Below are positions 1 through 11,197 of a stretch of DNA of 64,000 bases, piece after piece (within the stretch, counting starts at the first letter, position 1; every line of letters begins with the position of its first letter). Both the position numbers and the translations under genes were made by a program. The notes under the pieces are model-generated. The model searched no databases. It had not been told where the DNA came from and saw nothing but the letters and a program-made list of their open reading frames with translations. Source of the stretch: Eledone cirrhosa (lineage: Eukaryota); the NCBI GenBank assembly GCA_964016885.1, contig OZ024744.1, positions 102,362,001 to 102,426,000 on the forward strand. Direction: 5' to 3'.

Positions 1-455
1 CTTACAAACCTTCATAATATGCATTTTAAAACTTGCATATCATCGACATTGCTATTTCGCTGTTAATAAACTATCATCCTTCTACATTTAACGACAATAC
101 AGTACCGTTTTATGAAATCGATTCTGCAGTACGGTCACTGTTTTCCATCAAAAGAAATAAAACCCTTAAATTGTGAAGAAGGGACGCGTGTTTTTATTTT
201 AATTCTAATACATGTTAACCACCACTAACAGTAAGTAGTATTTTTCAAATTGCATATCATCGACATTGCTATTTCGCTGTTAATAAACAACGCTTTTCAC
301 GTCGCTCCACTTCTCATTGTACGCCGTCCAGCCCCAAGTGCATATTTCTATTTCTTTCCCTGAAACTGCTTCTTTATAATAAACTTTCAATAATATTTTT
401 CAAATTATTAACTTAATAAAAAGTGGCCCCGGGTGCAACCGGGCTCAGCTGCTAG
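1..455 (+). mobile_element. 3' end of a Helitron-like (probably non-autonomous) element
   Basis: GC-rich hairpin CCCGG-gtgcaa-CCGGG (428-443), followed 8 nt later by terminal CTAG (452-455) and then T of a (TA)n run, which is the canonical Helitron 3' terminus. Internal 39-bp direct repeat at 33-71 and 250-288. The 5' end is not visible in the window. Confidence 0.6.
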
Positions 456-476
456 TATATATATATATATATATAT
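456..476. repeat. (TA)n microsatellite
   Basis: Direct reading of the sequence. Confidence 0.9.
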
Positions 477-564
477 GGTCAATATAGTATATATAGACAA
501 ATATCTGGTCAGTATAGTACAAAATATAATTTAGAGATATATCAGATGAAAGAATGGTATTTAA

Positions 565-1284
565 CTAATGTATTGGTAAGCGATGGGGCTCACCCACAGC
601 CCCGGCGGACAGAATGGAGAAGGCGTTTCCCCGGAGGACAGCAAGGGAGACGCGCTGGAAAAGCCACTCCAACTCGCGGGGCTCACACCTGCGGCTGGCC
701 AGCTCAGCGCCTATGGTGGTGAGTAAGGAGGTAGCCCTGGGGCTGAGGACACCAGAAGTTTCCACTGCCAGGGGTACGACCGCAAACCTGTCGGAGAGCG
801 ACCGGTATTTGAGGAGTTTGGCCCCCTCAGCCCGACATGCAGCAGAACCTGGGTCAGTTGCAGACTGCACCAGGTTGCGGCTGCAGAAAGTGTCGGTGCA
901 AGTGGCATCCCAGACGAGGGGTTTGCCACCGCGGAACGGGAAGATGGTCATGCCATCTGGCCTTTTGCCGTCCCCTCGATCCAGCCCCACTGGCTCGAGC
1001 TGGGAAGGGAAGCCTGCAACGTCCAAGCCATGCTTAATGACCTCGTTGAGGGCAGCATGGCGTGGAATGCGGCCGGCACTGTGGCGACAGGAAAGTGGGT
1101 GGAGGCCGAAAGAGTCCACGGTGGAACCGCAGCGACATTGGTGTGGCTGGCAGATCCGGAGGCCGAGCCTCGGGGAAACGCCGATTCGCAGGCTATGGTT
1201 GTCTAGCTGCGTGCCAGTGGAGAAGGAGGGCAGGGCATGGAGCCAGACACCACTGGGGCTTGGAGGCCGTACAAAAGCAAGCAA
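565..1284 (-). pseudogene. CRE-like C-terminal zinc knuckle plus restriction-like endonuclease domain
   Basis: 239-aa open frame with SGVWLHALP, CRCG-H-C knuckle, KRPDG, WDATCTDT, LFQRVSLAVLRGNA. It is the C-terminus of the element's ORF, not an independent gene. Confidence 0.85.
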
Positions 1285-2218
1285 GGCGGTGTTGGTCGAG
1301 CTGGCGCGTTAGCCTGTCTGAGGCCAAGCTGCACTGGATGGCATCCCAAGTGCGTTGGGAGGACATCCTCTTTGGGGGTCACCTGAACCTGGCGGAGAAT
1401 GGACCGCAGGTCCAAGACGGAGGCTGCAAAGCTCGCATCATCGAGGCTGACGTTCACCACCTCCAAGTTGACCTGGAGGCCGATTCCCGCCAGGGCAGGA
1501 ATCACCGATTGAAGGTCATGGTAGACCGGCCGTATGGGCCCACCTAACGTAGCATCATCCAGATACCAAACGTTGAGAGGGGCCGTGATACTCCGGGCGA
1601 TGTGGTCAATACCAAGGGCAAGCAGGAGGGGTCCCAAAGGGTCGCCCTGTTGGACCCCAGTAGCCGAGGGTAAGACCGTATCAGCAGCTAGGAGCATGCT
1701 CGGGGCTCCATATGACAGGTAGGCAGAGGGAGTTCGGCTGAGGCAGGCCTCGAGCAGATGATCCTGGCTTAAAGAGTTAAAGGCATTCCTCATGTCAAGC
1801 TTGACAATGAGGTGCCTGGAGTCTTTGGATGCCGGTACCGATGGGCAGCTGCTGAAGAACTGCCTGGTTGCATGAGCGGCTCCCTCACAGCCACCGGACA
1901 CGCCGACTCCTAGTTGCACCGGACTAAACTCCTCACCCAGTTCGTGTGACAGACTTGCAGATCACCTTGGCAGCCAGCCTCCGGTAGACATTGCCAACAG
2001 CAATGGGGCGTGTGCCACTCTCTTTCTGAGAGCGGTGAGGCTGGCCGAAAAAAAGGGTCGAGGGCACCATGAATGAGCCTATTGGTGAGCGTCACAATTG
2101 CACTCAGAAGGCGGCGCCCGGCCTCAGCGGAGAAGGGGGATGTCAACTTGAGGTGGCCTGGTCGGAGACCATCAACACCTCCGCAGCTGCTAGCTGGGAA
2201 GGACCTGATGGCAGACAT
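1203..2218 (-). pseudogene. CRE-like reverse transcriptase domain, split by frameshifts
   Basis: ORFs 1910..2218 and 1203..1919 carry consecutive RT motifs including QGDPLGP and YLDD. Confidence 0.85.
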
Positions 2219-2715
2219 GATATCTGCATCAGTAGCTACAAGGAGCAGGTGGGGTTATGGGTCTGACACAGTAGATGGCTCAGGGTGTTTGAGCCGCAGA
2301 GCAGCCAGGACCTCCTCGGTGGGTTGTATAGTATATATAGACAAATTAATGCTGATTTCATCTAAACTCATTAGTTTGCTTTGGTTTACTTATTCACTAC
2401 ATTTCGAACTTTATTTCAGAAAAAGATTTTATATTTTCTCAATCTTGAGTTATCCTATTTGTTATATTTCTAATGAAAAAACATTGCCTATGATTTTCAA
2501 ATAAACAATTTGGAATGCTTTAATACAACTTTCTCGTTAGGATGGTGTTTGGAACATAGCTTAGATATTCCTACATAAAATTATGATGGAAGGTTTTTAG
2601 ATAAATATGAATACTTAAAAAAAAAAAAGGTTTTGTATTGTAAAACGTGGGGCAGTTTCAAGCGATTTGTTATCTAGAGTTAAATATGTGATTATTTTGT
2701 GTATTTGTATTATAG

Positions 2716-2878
2716 GCTGTTGTTATAAGAGGAGGAAGGTTTCTAGAAGCTCCAGTGTGTGGTAGCAGAGTTCCAGCATTGGAAGGTCAACTTGTTATTC
2801 TTGCCTCAGGAGACCGAAAGCTTTATGAAGATTGTCATTCTAGTTTTGAAGCAATGGGAAAACGATCATTTTTTCTTG
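2716..2878 (+). CDS. GLYR1: GLYR1/NPAC-like dehydrogenase, internal exon (163 bp)
   Basis: AG acceptor 2714-2715 and GT donor 2879-2880. Translates [54 protein letters not shown](G), matching GLYR1 as recalled ([12 protein letters not shown]...LVILAAGDRGLYEDC...FQAMGKTSFFLG). Confidence 0.93.
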
Positions 2879-4855
2879 GTAATACCTCTTTTAATGAATT
2901 GATATATTTAACAATTCCATTAAAGATTTGTTTTTCTGTTTAAATTATTTTGTCACTAATTATTCACTTATAAAATACTATATAGCCTCTCTTAAAATAT
3001 TTTGTTCTGTAAATTTCCTTTGAGACTTTTAACCATTTCTTTTATAAGACATGAATAGGAATCAGATATTGTATATTTTCCATGTTTAGCAATCAAATTT
3101 GTTAATCTGAGAAGGTCAGCAAACACTGTCTTCAAAGCTCTTTTAACATAATAGTGACTGATTTTAATAAAATGTTTCATAGTTTTTAATGAATCTCTTA
3201 ATTTGTAGCAAGGTTAGAATGTTAAGAGAAAAAGGAAAGGGAGAGAGGTGTGTGTTATCAAGTAGATTTACATATTGTGGACGTTAGTATAAACACCACT
3301 CACCGGAAAGAAATTGTAGTGTAGCTACAATAATGTTTATTAGAGGCCTTAGTCAATAAGAGCAGGATAGTCAAGAGGACATGATTAAAAAGTAGGGCAG
3401 ATTTGTTGATCAAGCATACAATTTTTCTGGGAGGGGAGATAGGAGTGTACAGAGTAAATTTAACTTGTATACATTAACCAGCAACTAATCAAAGGTGAAG
3501 TGTTTTCTCACTGTTTGTTATAAAGTCTTAACTCTGATCTTTCATATTGAACACACATTTATCAGAGATTGTAAGTCGTAGCATTTGTTGAGAATTCGTA
3601 GCTGTGTGTTTGGTTGACTAGGTGTCTTGTTATGGTGCTACTAAAAGAGAATAGTTGTTTTTATTTTTTTTTCCAAGGTCTCAGAGGCTGTGTAAATGAA
3701 ACCCTTAACTGAAAGGAAGCTGTATAATGTTGTCTTTGTATGTCAGCAGTTATAAAGTAACTGAAAGATAATCCTTGCCATAAACATTACATTTCTCTTC
3801 ATTTTTATAGAAATGTATTGGAAATTAAACATCTTGTTAGTATTTTTAGTGACAAGTAAAGTATTTTTTAAACAATTTATATCTTCTGTTTGGGAATAGG
3901 AACTTTTAGTTATAACTTGGAATTGTAGGGGCAGCATTTCAACCATTTGGTTGTCCATTTTGATATTGAATCATCCTCAAAACTTAAAGATAACTTACCA
4001 TATCTTTTAATACAAGATGATTCTTATAGAGGATTTAAACTGGCTACATCCGGCCAGAACACTCTCACCTCTTTCTGTTCAAACTGGTCGTAACTGGTCA
4101 CTCATACTTATGTTAAGGTATTGTTCTCAAAATAAATATCAAAGTCTTGTAGATTTGATATTTAGAGTAAAGTGTTTACCATGAAAATACAATAGTAAAT
4201 ATAGAGTAATGTAAATGCTAAAGGGTTAAAGGAGCTTTATTGCTTAGCCACCTAGCATCTAACTTGGCTAGATTCTGAATACCTCTGTTACTGAATACTA
4301 CTGAAGTAGGAGTTGGGCTAGTAGGAAATTAATTTTCTGTTTTTTATTATTCCGTAGTCAGAAGAGGAAATGCAGTGATTTTGATTTCCAAATAATTTCG
4401 AAAATAAAGAATTTGTAAAAGCATTTAATAATATAACTTAACACAAGGTTCTTAGATAAAATTATGATGGAAGGATTTTAAGCCAACCTCAGCTTCTAGT
4501 ATCTAAGCAAAGTGGATGAGCTGGAATTCCAATAATTTTTTATTCAAATCTTGTGTGTGTACAGAAGACCTAGTGGGACCTAAATGTTAGAAACAGGCCA
4601 CACTTATATAATTTTCTTTTGCTGTTTTGTAAGTAGTGATTAGTTAGATTGCCTTAAAACCTATTAACCTTTTTCAGTATCATGTTTATATTTTAAAATC
4701 ATGCATGCTAGTATAGAAAGTGGACATAAAATTATGGTAATGATGCTGATTTTTTAATTGGTGAATATTTTTGGAAATTTTAATTTGAACTACTAACGAG
4801 GTTCAACGTTTAGTGATTTTTAAATGAGTTGAGTTTTTACCAAATTGTTTTGTAG

Positions 4856-5035
4856 GTGAGACAGGTATGGCAACTCGTATGAAACTTGTTGTTAACATGA
4901 TGTTGGGTTCTGTGATGGCAAGTTTAGCTGAAACAATGGCTTTAGCTCAGAAAGCTGGTTTGGAACAGGAAGATGTGTCAACAATATTATCCTTAGGGCC
5001 ATTAGCTTCGACCACTGTTTGCTATAAAAGTCAAG
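4856..5035 (+). CDS. GLYR1: GLYR1-like internal exon (180 bp) containing the catalytic Lys motif MKLVVN
   Basis: TAG acceptor and GTAAA donor, phase compatible with flanking exons. (G)ETGMATRMKLVVNMMLGSVMASLAETMALAQKAGLEQEDVSTILSLGPLASTTVCYKSQ. Confidence 0.93.
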
Positions 5036-5405
5036 GTAAATGCATTTTTTAAATTATCTAGATTAATTGTTCTAGTGTTTTATAGGTAGACACTGGTTTA
5101 ATATGTAAACCTTTTCTACACTATTTTAATCTTAAATGTACGATACATTTAAGGTTCTCCTCAGTTAATAAATAGTCAGCTGAGAGAATATATTCCAATA
5201 ATATTTTGGATATTTATGTTGTTTAAATTCCTCCCTGCCAACTATGGAGTACGTCCTAAAACACTAATCATAATTTCTTCGTTTCTACAAAGAAATCACC
5301 AAAACAAAAGATGCTTTAATTCAATGTATTGCCAAAGCAAACCAAAAATATATATTTTCTGTATCTAACTTCTATTTACTTCTTCTACATAATTTGTATA
5401 TACAT

Positions 5406-5758
5406 GGAGGCACATGGCTTAGTGGTTAGAGCATTGGCCTTGCAATCAAAAGGTTGTGAGTTCAATTCTCAGACCGGGTGATGTGTTGTTTCCTTGAGCA
5501 AGACACTTTATTTCACATTGCTCCAGTTTACTCAGCTGTAGAAATGAGATGATAGGGACTGGGGTCCCTATCATTCCACTGCAAAGTGGTCGTGGAGGTG
5601 CCACGGCAAAAAAGCACCCAGCACTCACTGTAAATGAGGTTGGTGTTAGGAAGGGCATCCAACTGTAGAAATCAAGCCAGAATCAGTTCCCGTCCCACCC
5701 TTGCAAGCAGGGAAAAGCGGACGTAAAATGAAATGATGATGATGATGATGATGATGAT
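5406..5758 (+). mobile_element. tRNA-derived SINE with (ATG)n tail
   Basis: A-box-like TGGCTTAGTGG, B-box-like GTTCAATTC, core TCCTTGAGCAAGACACTT, LINE-like 3' part ending in an (ATG)n run. Confidence 0.8.
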
Positions 5759-6178
5759 CCATTTTACACTTAAGTTCAACCAGTTTGACAAAGTAAAGTT
5801 ATATTCAATACCATTAAAACTAAACTGGTCAACTGTAAATAAAAGTAGATTCTAGAATCAGATCTTTATCATGAATCAAGTTGTAATTATAATCTTGTGT
5901 GTCAGTTTTATTTTCAAAAGTTTACTATCCCAAAGATTACATACAAAACTAATCACCAGGATGAAGATTTTCACTTACTAGCTGCACATTCTGAGTGTTG
6001 ACAGGAATGATAATAGTGAGAAAAGAATTTTAACTCTTAACATGCAGTACTACATGAAACCACATTGAGATATTCTTGAAAAGTACAAAACATTGACTAT
6101 GACTGCATCGCATGAGATATTAGTCTTTAATTTAATACTGCAAATTTTCACAATTTGTTTACTTAGCAAATGTACAGT

Positions 6179-6351
6179 AAATATTTGAATTAACAAACCT
6201 GTTTTTATATATTTTCTGCTAAATCATTACAAAATGTTAAAATTTCTAGTATTATCTCTTAACAATCTGTTCCCTAGTAAAGATACTCCAAATATTTGAA
6301 TTAACAAACCTGTTTTTAGATATTTTATGCTGAATCATTACAGGATATTAA
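6179..6351. repeat. Two diverged ~62-bp direct repeats (6179-6240, 6290-6351)
   Basis: AAATATTTGAATTAACAAACCTGTTTTTA.ATATTTT.TGCT.AATCATTACA occurs twice, 111 bp apart. Confidence 0.8.
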
Positions 6352-6434
6352 GCATTGCCTGTCAAATTGTATTTAGAATATCTTTAGTTTCCATCTGATA
6401 CAAGTTTCTGATGAATTTGATTGCTTTGTTTCAG

Positions 6435-6559
6435 CAATAATGAATAACAAACATGATCCACATTTCCCTTTACAACATCAGCAGAAAGACTTACGATTGG
6501 CATTAGATTTGGGTGATAAAGTTGAACAACCGCTATATGTTGCTGCTGCAGCAAATGAG
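6435..6559 (+). CDS. GLYR1: GLYR1-like internal exon (125 bp)
   Basis: TTTCAG acceptor and GTAAG donor. (A)IMNNKHDPHFPLQHQQKDLRLALDLGDKVEQPLYVAAAANE contains the family motif F.L...QKDLRLA. Confidence 0.93.
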
Positions 6560-6564
6560 GTAAG

Positions 6565-6782
6565 ATAATGGTTTCTGATTTAGGCACAAGGCCAGCAATT
6601 TTAGGGGGTGAGGTTGATTAAATTGACCCCAGTGCATGACTGGTACTTTATTTTATCGACCCCTGTAAGGATGAAAAGCAAAGCTAACCTCAGAGGGAGT
6701 TGAACTCAGAACGTAAAGGGACGTAACTCTGCTGTGGAGCAGAGTGTCCTGCACTCTACCGATACTGCCAATCCACTGCAAC

Positions 6783-6813
<31 letters not shown>

Positions 6814-7018
6814 ATGGTTTCTGATTTAGGCACAAGGTCAGCAATTTTGAGGGGAGGAGAAAGTTGATTGATTAAATCGACCCCAGTGTGTTACTGGTAC
6901 TTTTTTTTTATCAGCCCTGTAAGGATGAAAGCTAACCTCGGTGGGAGTTGAACTCAGAACACAAAGGGACGTAACTATATGCCACAGTATATTGTTGAGT
7001 GCTCTACTGATACTGCCA
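6565..7018 (-). mobile_element. Two head-to-tail copies of a tRNA-derived SINE (about 6565-6780 and 6788-7018)
   Basis: Both copies share GGTTTCTGATTTAGGCACAAGG...GACCCCAGTG...CTGGTACTT...AGGATGAAA...GTTGAACTCAGAAC. B-box GAGTTCAA on the minus strand. An (AAT)n tail lies between the copies. Confidence 0.8.
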
Positions 7019-8087
7019 AATAATACCATGTTAATACATTGTTTGGCATGATCTCACTTCACTCAAAGTAGAGCTGCTTATTTCCAAATGTATACACTGT
7101 AGAATATCACTCCCCTTATTTTGTTTGAGAAATGGATAAAAATCTAAATTCTGTTTATAAGCCAAGGCAGGTGATCAATTCTTGTTTAGTGTGGTTTTGA
7201 AATTCTCTTGGGTATAGAATATATTAAGTATAAAATATATGAAGTTTTAATATTTTGATATTTTGATATTCAAAATGTTTCAAGTGTTGTTTAAAATATA
7301 GTTTTTGTTTCACAACTTTATTACATAATGAGAGTTTCCCTTAAATTTCAACAAGTTTCTCGAATTTGTATTTACTTCTTGTCACTCACATGTTGGGAGT
7401 AGTTGAAAGCAAGAGATTGAATAAGAATAGAAGAGGGAGGAAGAGACAGCAAGTGAGAGGATATGGTGAGAGCAATAAAATCAAATCGGATTTCAATCTT
7501 ATGTAAGATTGAAAGAAAAAGTATTAAGTCAGAGAAAAACATGGGAGAAAGAACGTTAAATGATGACTGGTTTGTTGGATGCTTGGCTGGTCAGTGGTTT
7601 ACAGAAAAAGATTTGGACAGAAGTGATAAGAACCAAAGGACATGATGAAGGGGGGCTGTGCTGAAAAATATCCGTCCACCCCATGCAAGCATAGAAAAGC
7701 AAACAAAGTATGATGTTTTCTATAGGGAAAGTTTTAAGATTAGATTTGAAACAATTTTGAGATCTATTAAAGGGTTGGTGATAGGAAAAGCATCTAACCC
7801 TAGAAAATCTGCCAGACAAAAGCTGTTGAGTGTTCATCTGTTTTGTCAAAATAATTTTCCCTGATGCTGATACTGCAATAACAGGCTTTCTGTAAAGTGC
7901 TGAAACATATGTAAACAATATATGGCTTTTGGCCTATCTGAGAGGCCAGTGACTGATTAAATACTGACTTGGTCTGTAGTAATCTGTCCAATCCTTGCTA
8001 GCTGGGGATTGTTAAATTATGATGATTAAAAGGATATATATGTGTGCATATGATATTACAAACAGTTTTTCTTGCTTTCTTTTTCAG

Positions 8088-8162
8088 CTTTATAAAAAGG
8101 CTCGGCGTTTGGGCTATGGTGAAAGTGACATTTCTGCTGTATATCGTGCCACTAGTGCCTAA
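8088..8162 (+). CDS. GLYR1: GLYR1-like terminal coding exon
   Basis: Polypyrimidine tract plus CAG acceptor. LYKKARRLGYGESDISAVYRATSA* with TAA at 8160-8162, matching the family C-terminus YK.A..L...D.D.SAVY. Confidence 0.92.
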   Translation, partial: LYKKARRLGYGESDISAVYRATSA

Positions 8163-8624
8163 TTCCAATGTTACAAACAGTAACTTCTGCCATTAAATTT
8201 AGATTGTGTGTTTTCATGTTAACAATTTTTTTTAAATGCTCATAAAGTATGGTGACTCCCGACACATTTTGATGGTGAAATGTACATTTCTGCTATGTTC
8301 ATTATTAACAGCATTTTTGACAGTATAAACAATATCATCATAAACAATTGTATGTAAGAACATTATTCCTGCATTATTGATTTCCTCCATTTTTTGATAT
8401 CATATCATTTTCTATCAATCATTTAATTTTGTTCTCGGTTTATTGTCTTCCTGTCTATATGCAATTTAAATCTTTTGACTTTGAAAGTTGTCATAGAACT
8501 GCAGTAGCACTAGTTAAGTCGCTACTGCTTTATAATCTGGCCACGAGATATTGTTCAACGTTGCTGTAAATAGGAAGAAAAACCCAGTTTCTCAAACATT
8601 TCCTATTCACATTAATTAAAACAA

Positions 8625-8915
8625 AATAAATAAATATTTAAAAAAATGAAAAAAAAAAAAACAATCAATACAAAACAACAAAAAAAAAAAAGATTCAAAT
8701 GTTTCTGTGTAATATTTTTGATATTGAAATGTTACTTTGGGAAGTAAAATATAACAAAAATCTATGTGACTTCAGCTAAATAAATGTCTACAGCAAGTGG
8801 CCAAAAGCCAGAAATGTATTTGTGAACTGAGAATTTATTTAAACAGAATATTTCTCTCTATATAAAATTTGCATGAATTTTTGTGTTTCTTTTGTTAAAG
8901 ATAAACGTTAATAAA
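8625..8915 (+). terminator. Candidate polyadenylation signals (AATAAA at 8625-8630 and 8910-8915)
   Basis: Hexamers downstream of the stop codon. Chance occurrence is likely in this AT-rich context. Confidence 0.35.
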
Positions 8916-8974
8916 ATATTTCAAAAGAAATGCACTGATTTATCAACATAGACAATTAGACTAATATTGTTAAT

Positions 8975-9160
8975 TTAGACACAGGGTCAACAAATTTGGG
9001 GGACGGTCAAACTCCAGTATATGACTGGTACTTCATTTCATTGACCACCTCCCTCCCCTTCCTGGCGGGATGTAAGGATAAGTTGTTGACCTTGGTGGAA
9101 TTTGAACGATAAAGAGCCGGAACAAATATGCAATGGCATTTTACCATGTGTCAATCCACC
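8975..9160 (-). mobile_element. Diverged copy of the same SINE family
   Basis: Contains GACTGGTACTTCATTT...AAGGAT...GACCTTGGTGGAATTTGAAC, similar to 6565-7018. Confidence 0.6.
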
Positions 9161-9544
9161 CAACTAAAATTAAGCAAAAATCATTAATTCATATTTTTCA
9201 AACTCAATCATGATACATCATTTACATGTCAACATAAAACTATCCTTTTCTTTTTTTTTTTTTTTTTAGTTTTTGTTTTGTTAGATCCATTTTTGATTTC
9301 TTTAGACAAAAAGGATAGGTTTAGCAGTTGTCACCCTCCCCCATTTTACATTGTCCTTGTAAAAGTTAGTTCAAAAAATAACTGGTAAATAACCAATTGG
9401 AAATTTTTTGAATACAACTAAATCACTGTTCACTTTATACAATATTGATTGAATGATTCAATAAAATGAATAAAATAATAAATGCTGCTGAAAAATAGTT
9501 AAATTCTTCGCTGGGTTTTTTTTTCCTCCATGTTTCATCTGACA

Positions 9545-9880
9545 AACATATTCATATATACATATATGTATATATGAATGTTGTATATATATATATATAT
9601 ACAGACTCGCGCTCACTCACACACACACACTCTCTCTCTTCAGTATATACCATCTAACATACGTACATACATGTGTATTAGTTTTTACCATCTAACACAT
9701 ATATATGCATGTATATTTCGGTATATACCATCTAACATACGTACATACATGTGTATTAGGTTTAACCATCTAACGCTCGCTCTCTCTCTCCAGTATATGA
9801 CATCTAACATGTATATATCATCTAACGGCACATATCAGTTTTATGTTATTTTTTTTTCCCATGCATGTATAGGCCATCTA

Positions 9881-9945
<65 letters not shown>

Positions 9946-9946
9946 C
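9545..9946. repeat. Compound (TA)/(CA)/(CT) microsatellites and a degenerate CCATCTAACA minisatellite
   Basis: Recurrent CATCTAAC units, a duplicated GTATATACCATCTAACATACGTACATACATGTGTATTAG, and (CA)n(TA)n at 9882-9941. Confidence 0.85.
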
Positions 9947-10148
9947 AGATGTATATTGAAGGAGTTTGATCCCGTTTTGTTTGTCCAACTTTCTGAGTTT
10001 TCTCTTTATATTTACCGAATTCCATCACTTCAACATTGTTTTATACAGGCTTCAATCAGTAGATTGCAGCGATACTGTGGCACCACATTAAAATGTTTTA
10101 CATCCTTTTCTCTCTGATTGAGAAACACTCACTCCTTAACCACACAAC

Positions 10149-10294
10149 CATCATCATCATCATCATCATCATTGTTGTCAACATTTAACATATTTCCATG
10201 CTTGCATGGTTTAGACTGGTCACCTACGTTATGATACAATTCTGGTCAGTTGGCTGCACCATATTTTGCTCAAATAGAATTGTATTTTGGCCAG

Positions 10295-10332
<38 letters not shown>

Positions 10333-10365
10333 TTTGGATGCTCTTCCTAACAGTAACCATGTGTA
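10149..10365 (-). mobile_element. SINE/LINE-tail fragment with (CAT)n tail and internal poly-T
   Basis: (CAT)n followed by TTTCCATGCTTGCATGG and GGATGCTCTTCCTAACA, resembling the reverse complement of the 3' half of the SINE at 5406. Confidence 0.55.
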
Positions 10366-10564
10366 GAACTGGGTGGCACTGTTATGGGAAGGGTCTGGCC
10401 AGTTGACTGCACTGTACCTTGCACATTGGGGCTGTGTTGGCTGTTATTTTATGGTTGATTGATGCCATTCCTAACACCAATGTGTTGAAATTAATTGTAT
10501 ACTTAATTACGCATTGCATTATCTATTATATCTAGTGTTACAATTATTAATTTTTCGCTCCAAG

Positions 10565-10895
10565 CCAGATTGAGTGTGTAGTGATCAGGGATTTGCTCCA
10601 GGTAGAGCCACTACTTCTCTGAATTGAGAGATCACAGCTCCAATACTATGGGCATGTGGTCAGTATGCCTCATGAAAGAATTGTTGGACATATTTCATGG
10701 GCAAAATCAACTGGTAAGAGACCCAGGGGCTGGCCTCGATTAAGATGTTAGGTTAACACCCATGAGCTCAGCTGGTCTCACTTGGGGATCCAGCCGGATA
10801 AATTGGAGACAGTCACACCTAGCAAGACCTGTCGAAAGGTGTACTTAAGGACTTTGCTCCCACAGCACTCCCAGGAATATGTGGGAAAAGAAGAC
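10565..10895 (+). mobile_element. RTE-clade LINE 3' fragment
   Basis: Degenerate translation IERSQLQYYGHVVSMPHERI...TGKRPRGWPR, typical of the RTE C-terminus. Confidence 0.7.
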
Positions 10896-11197
10896 TGGGT
10901 ACAAGTATATATTATGACTCCCACTATCCCATCATTGAAATGTTAGTCTGTGAGAACTCTAACTAAAATACTTCAATGAAATTTTAGAATAATCATAAAT
11001 TTAGTTAAATAGATGAACATCATGTTAAGTTTTCTATCAGAAAGGAAGACACAAGGTGACAGGTGTTAGAGAGTTGATGCTTCAAGGAAACAGTTTGTAA
11101 ATTTAAGGAGGGAAGAATCAGTTTTTATTCAGTGACTGCTCTCCGAGATGGGTTGCTTTAGCTACATTTTACAAAGCAAACATTTACCCCATATATA

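Larger units (their letters stand above)
503..2326 (-). mobile_element. 5'-truncated, frameshifted CRE-clade (R2 superfamily, restriction-like endonuclease) non-LTR retrotransposon
   Basis: GC-rich island. Minus-strand ORF pieces carry RT motifs (SCGGVDGLRPGHLK; KLDMRNAFNSL; GVQQGDPLGPLL; WYLDDATLGG), a zinc knuckle (CRCG..D.FGLHPLSC....RH) and an RLE (RPDG...WDATC...PLAVET.G). Flanked by the identical 20-mer TATAGTATATATAGACAAAT at 483-502 and 2327-2346. Confidence 0.88.

Noticed and set aside
534-548. AGATATATCAGATG in the CRE 3' UTR matching a satellite variant
   Set aside because: Short, AT-rich and partly palindromic, so compatible with chance.
614-1547. Plus-strand ORFs of 232 aa and 161 aa
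   Set aside because: Antisense shadows of the GC-rich CRE coding region with no recognisable motifs.
5406-5480. tRNA gene
   Set aside because: A and B boxes are present but no convincing cloverleaf forms, and the sequence continues into a SINE body and tail.
9578-10117. 179-aa ORF
   Set aside because: Low-complexity microsatellite translation (YIYI, HTHT).
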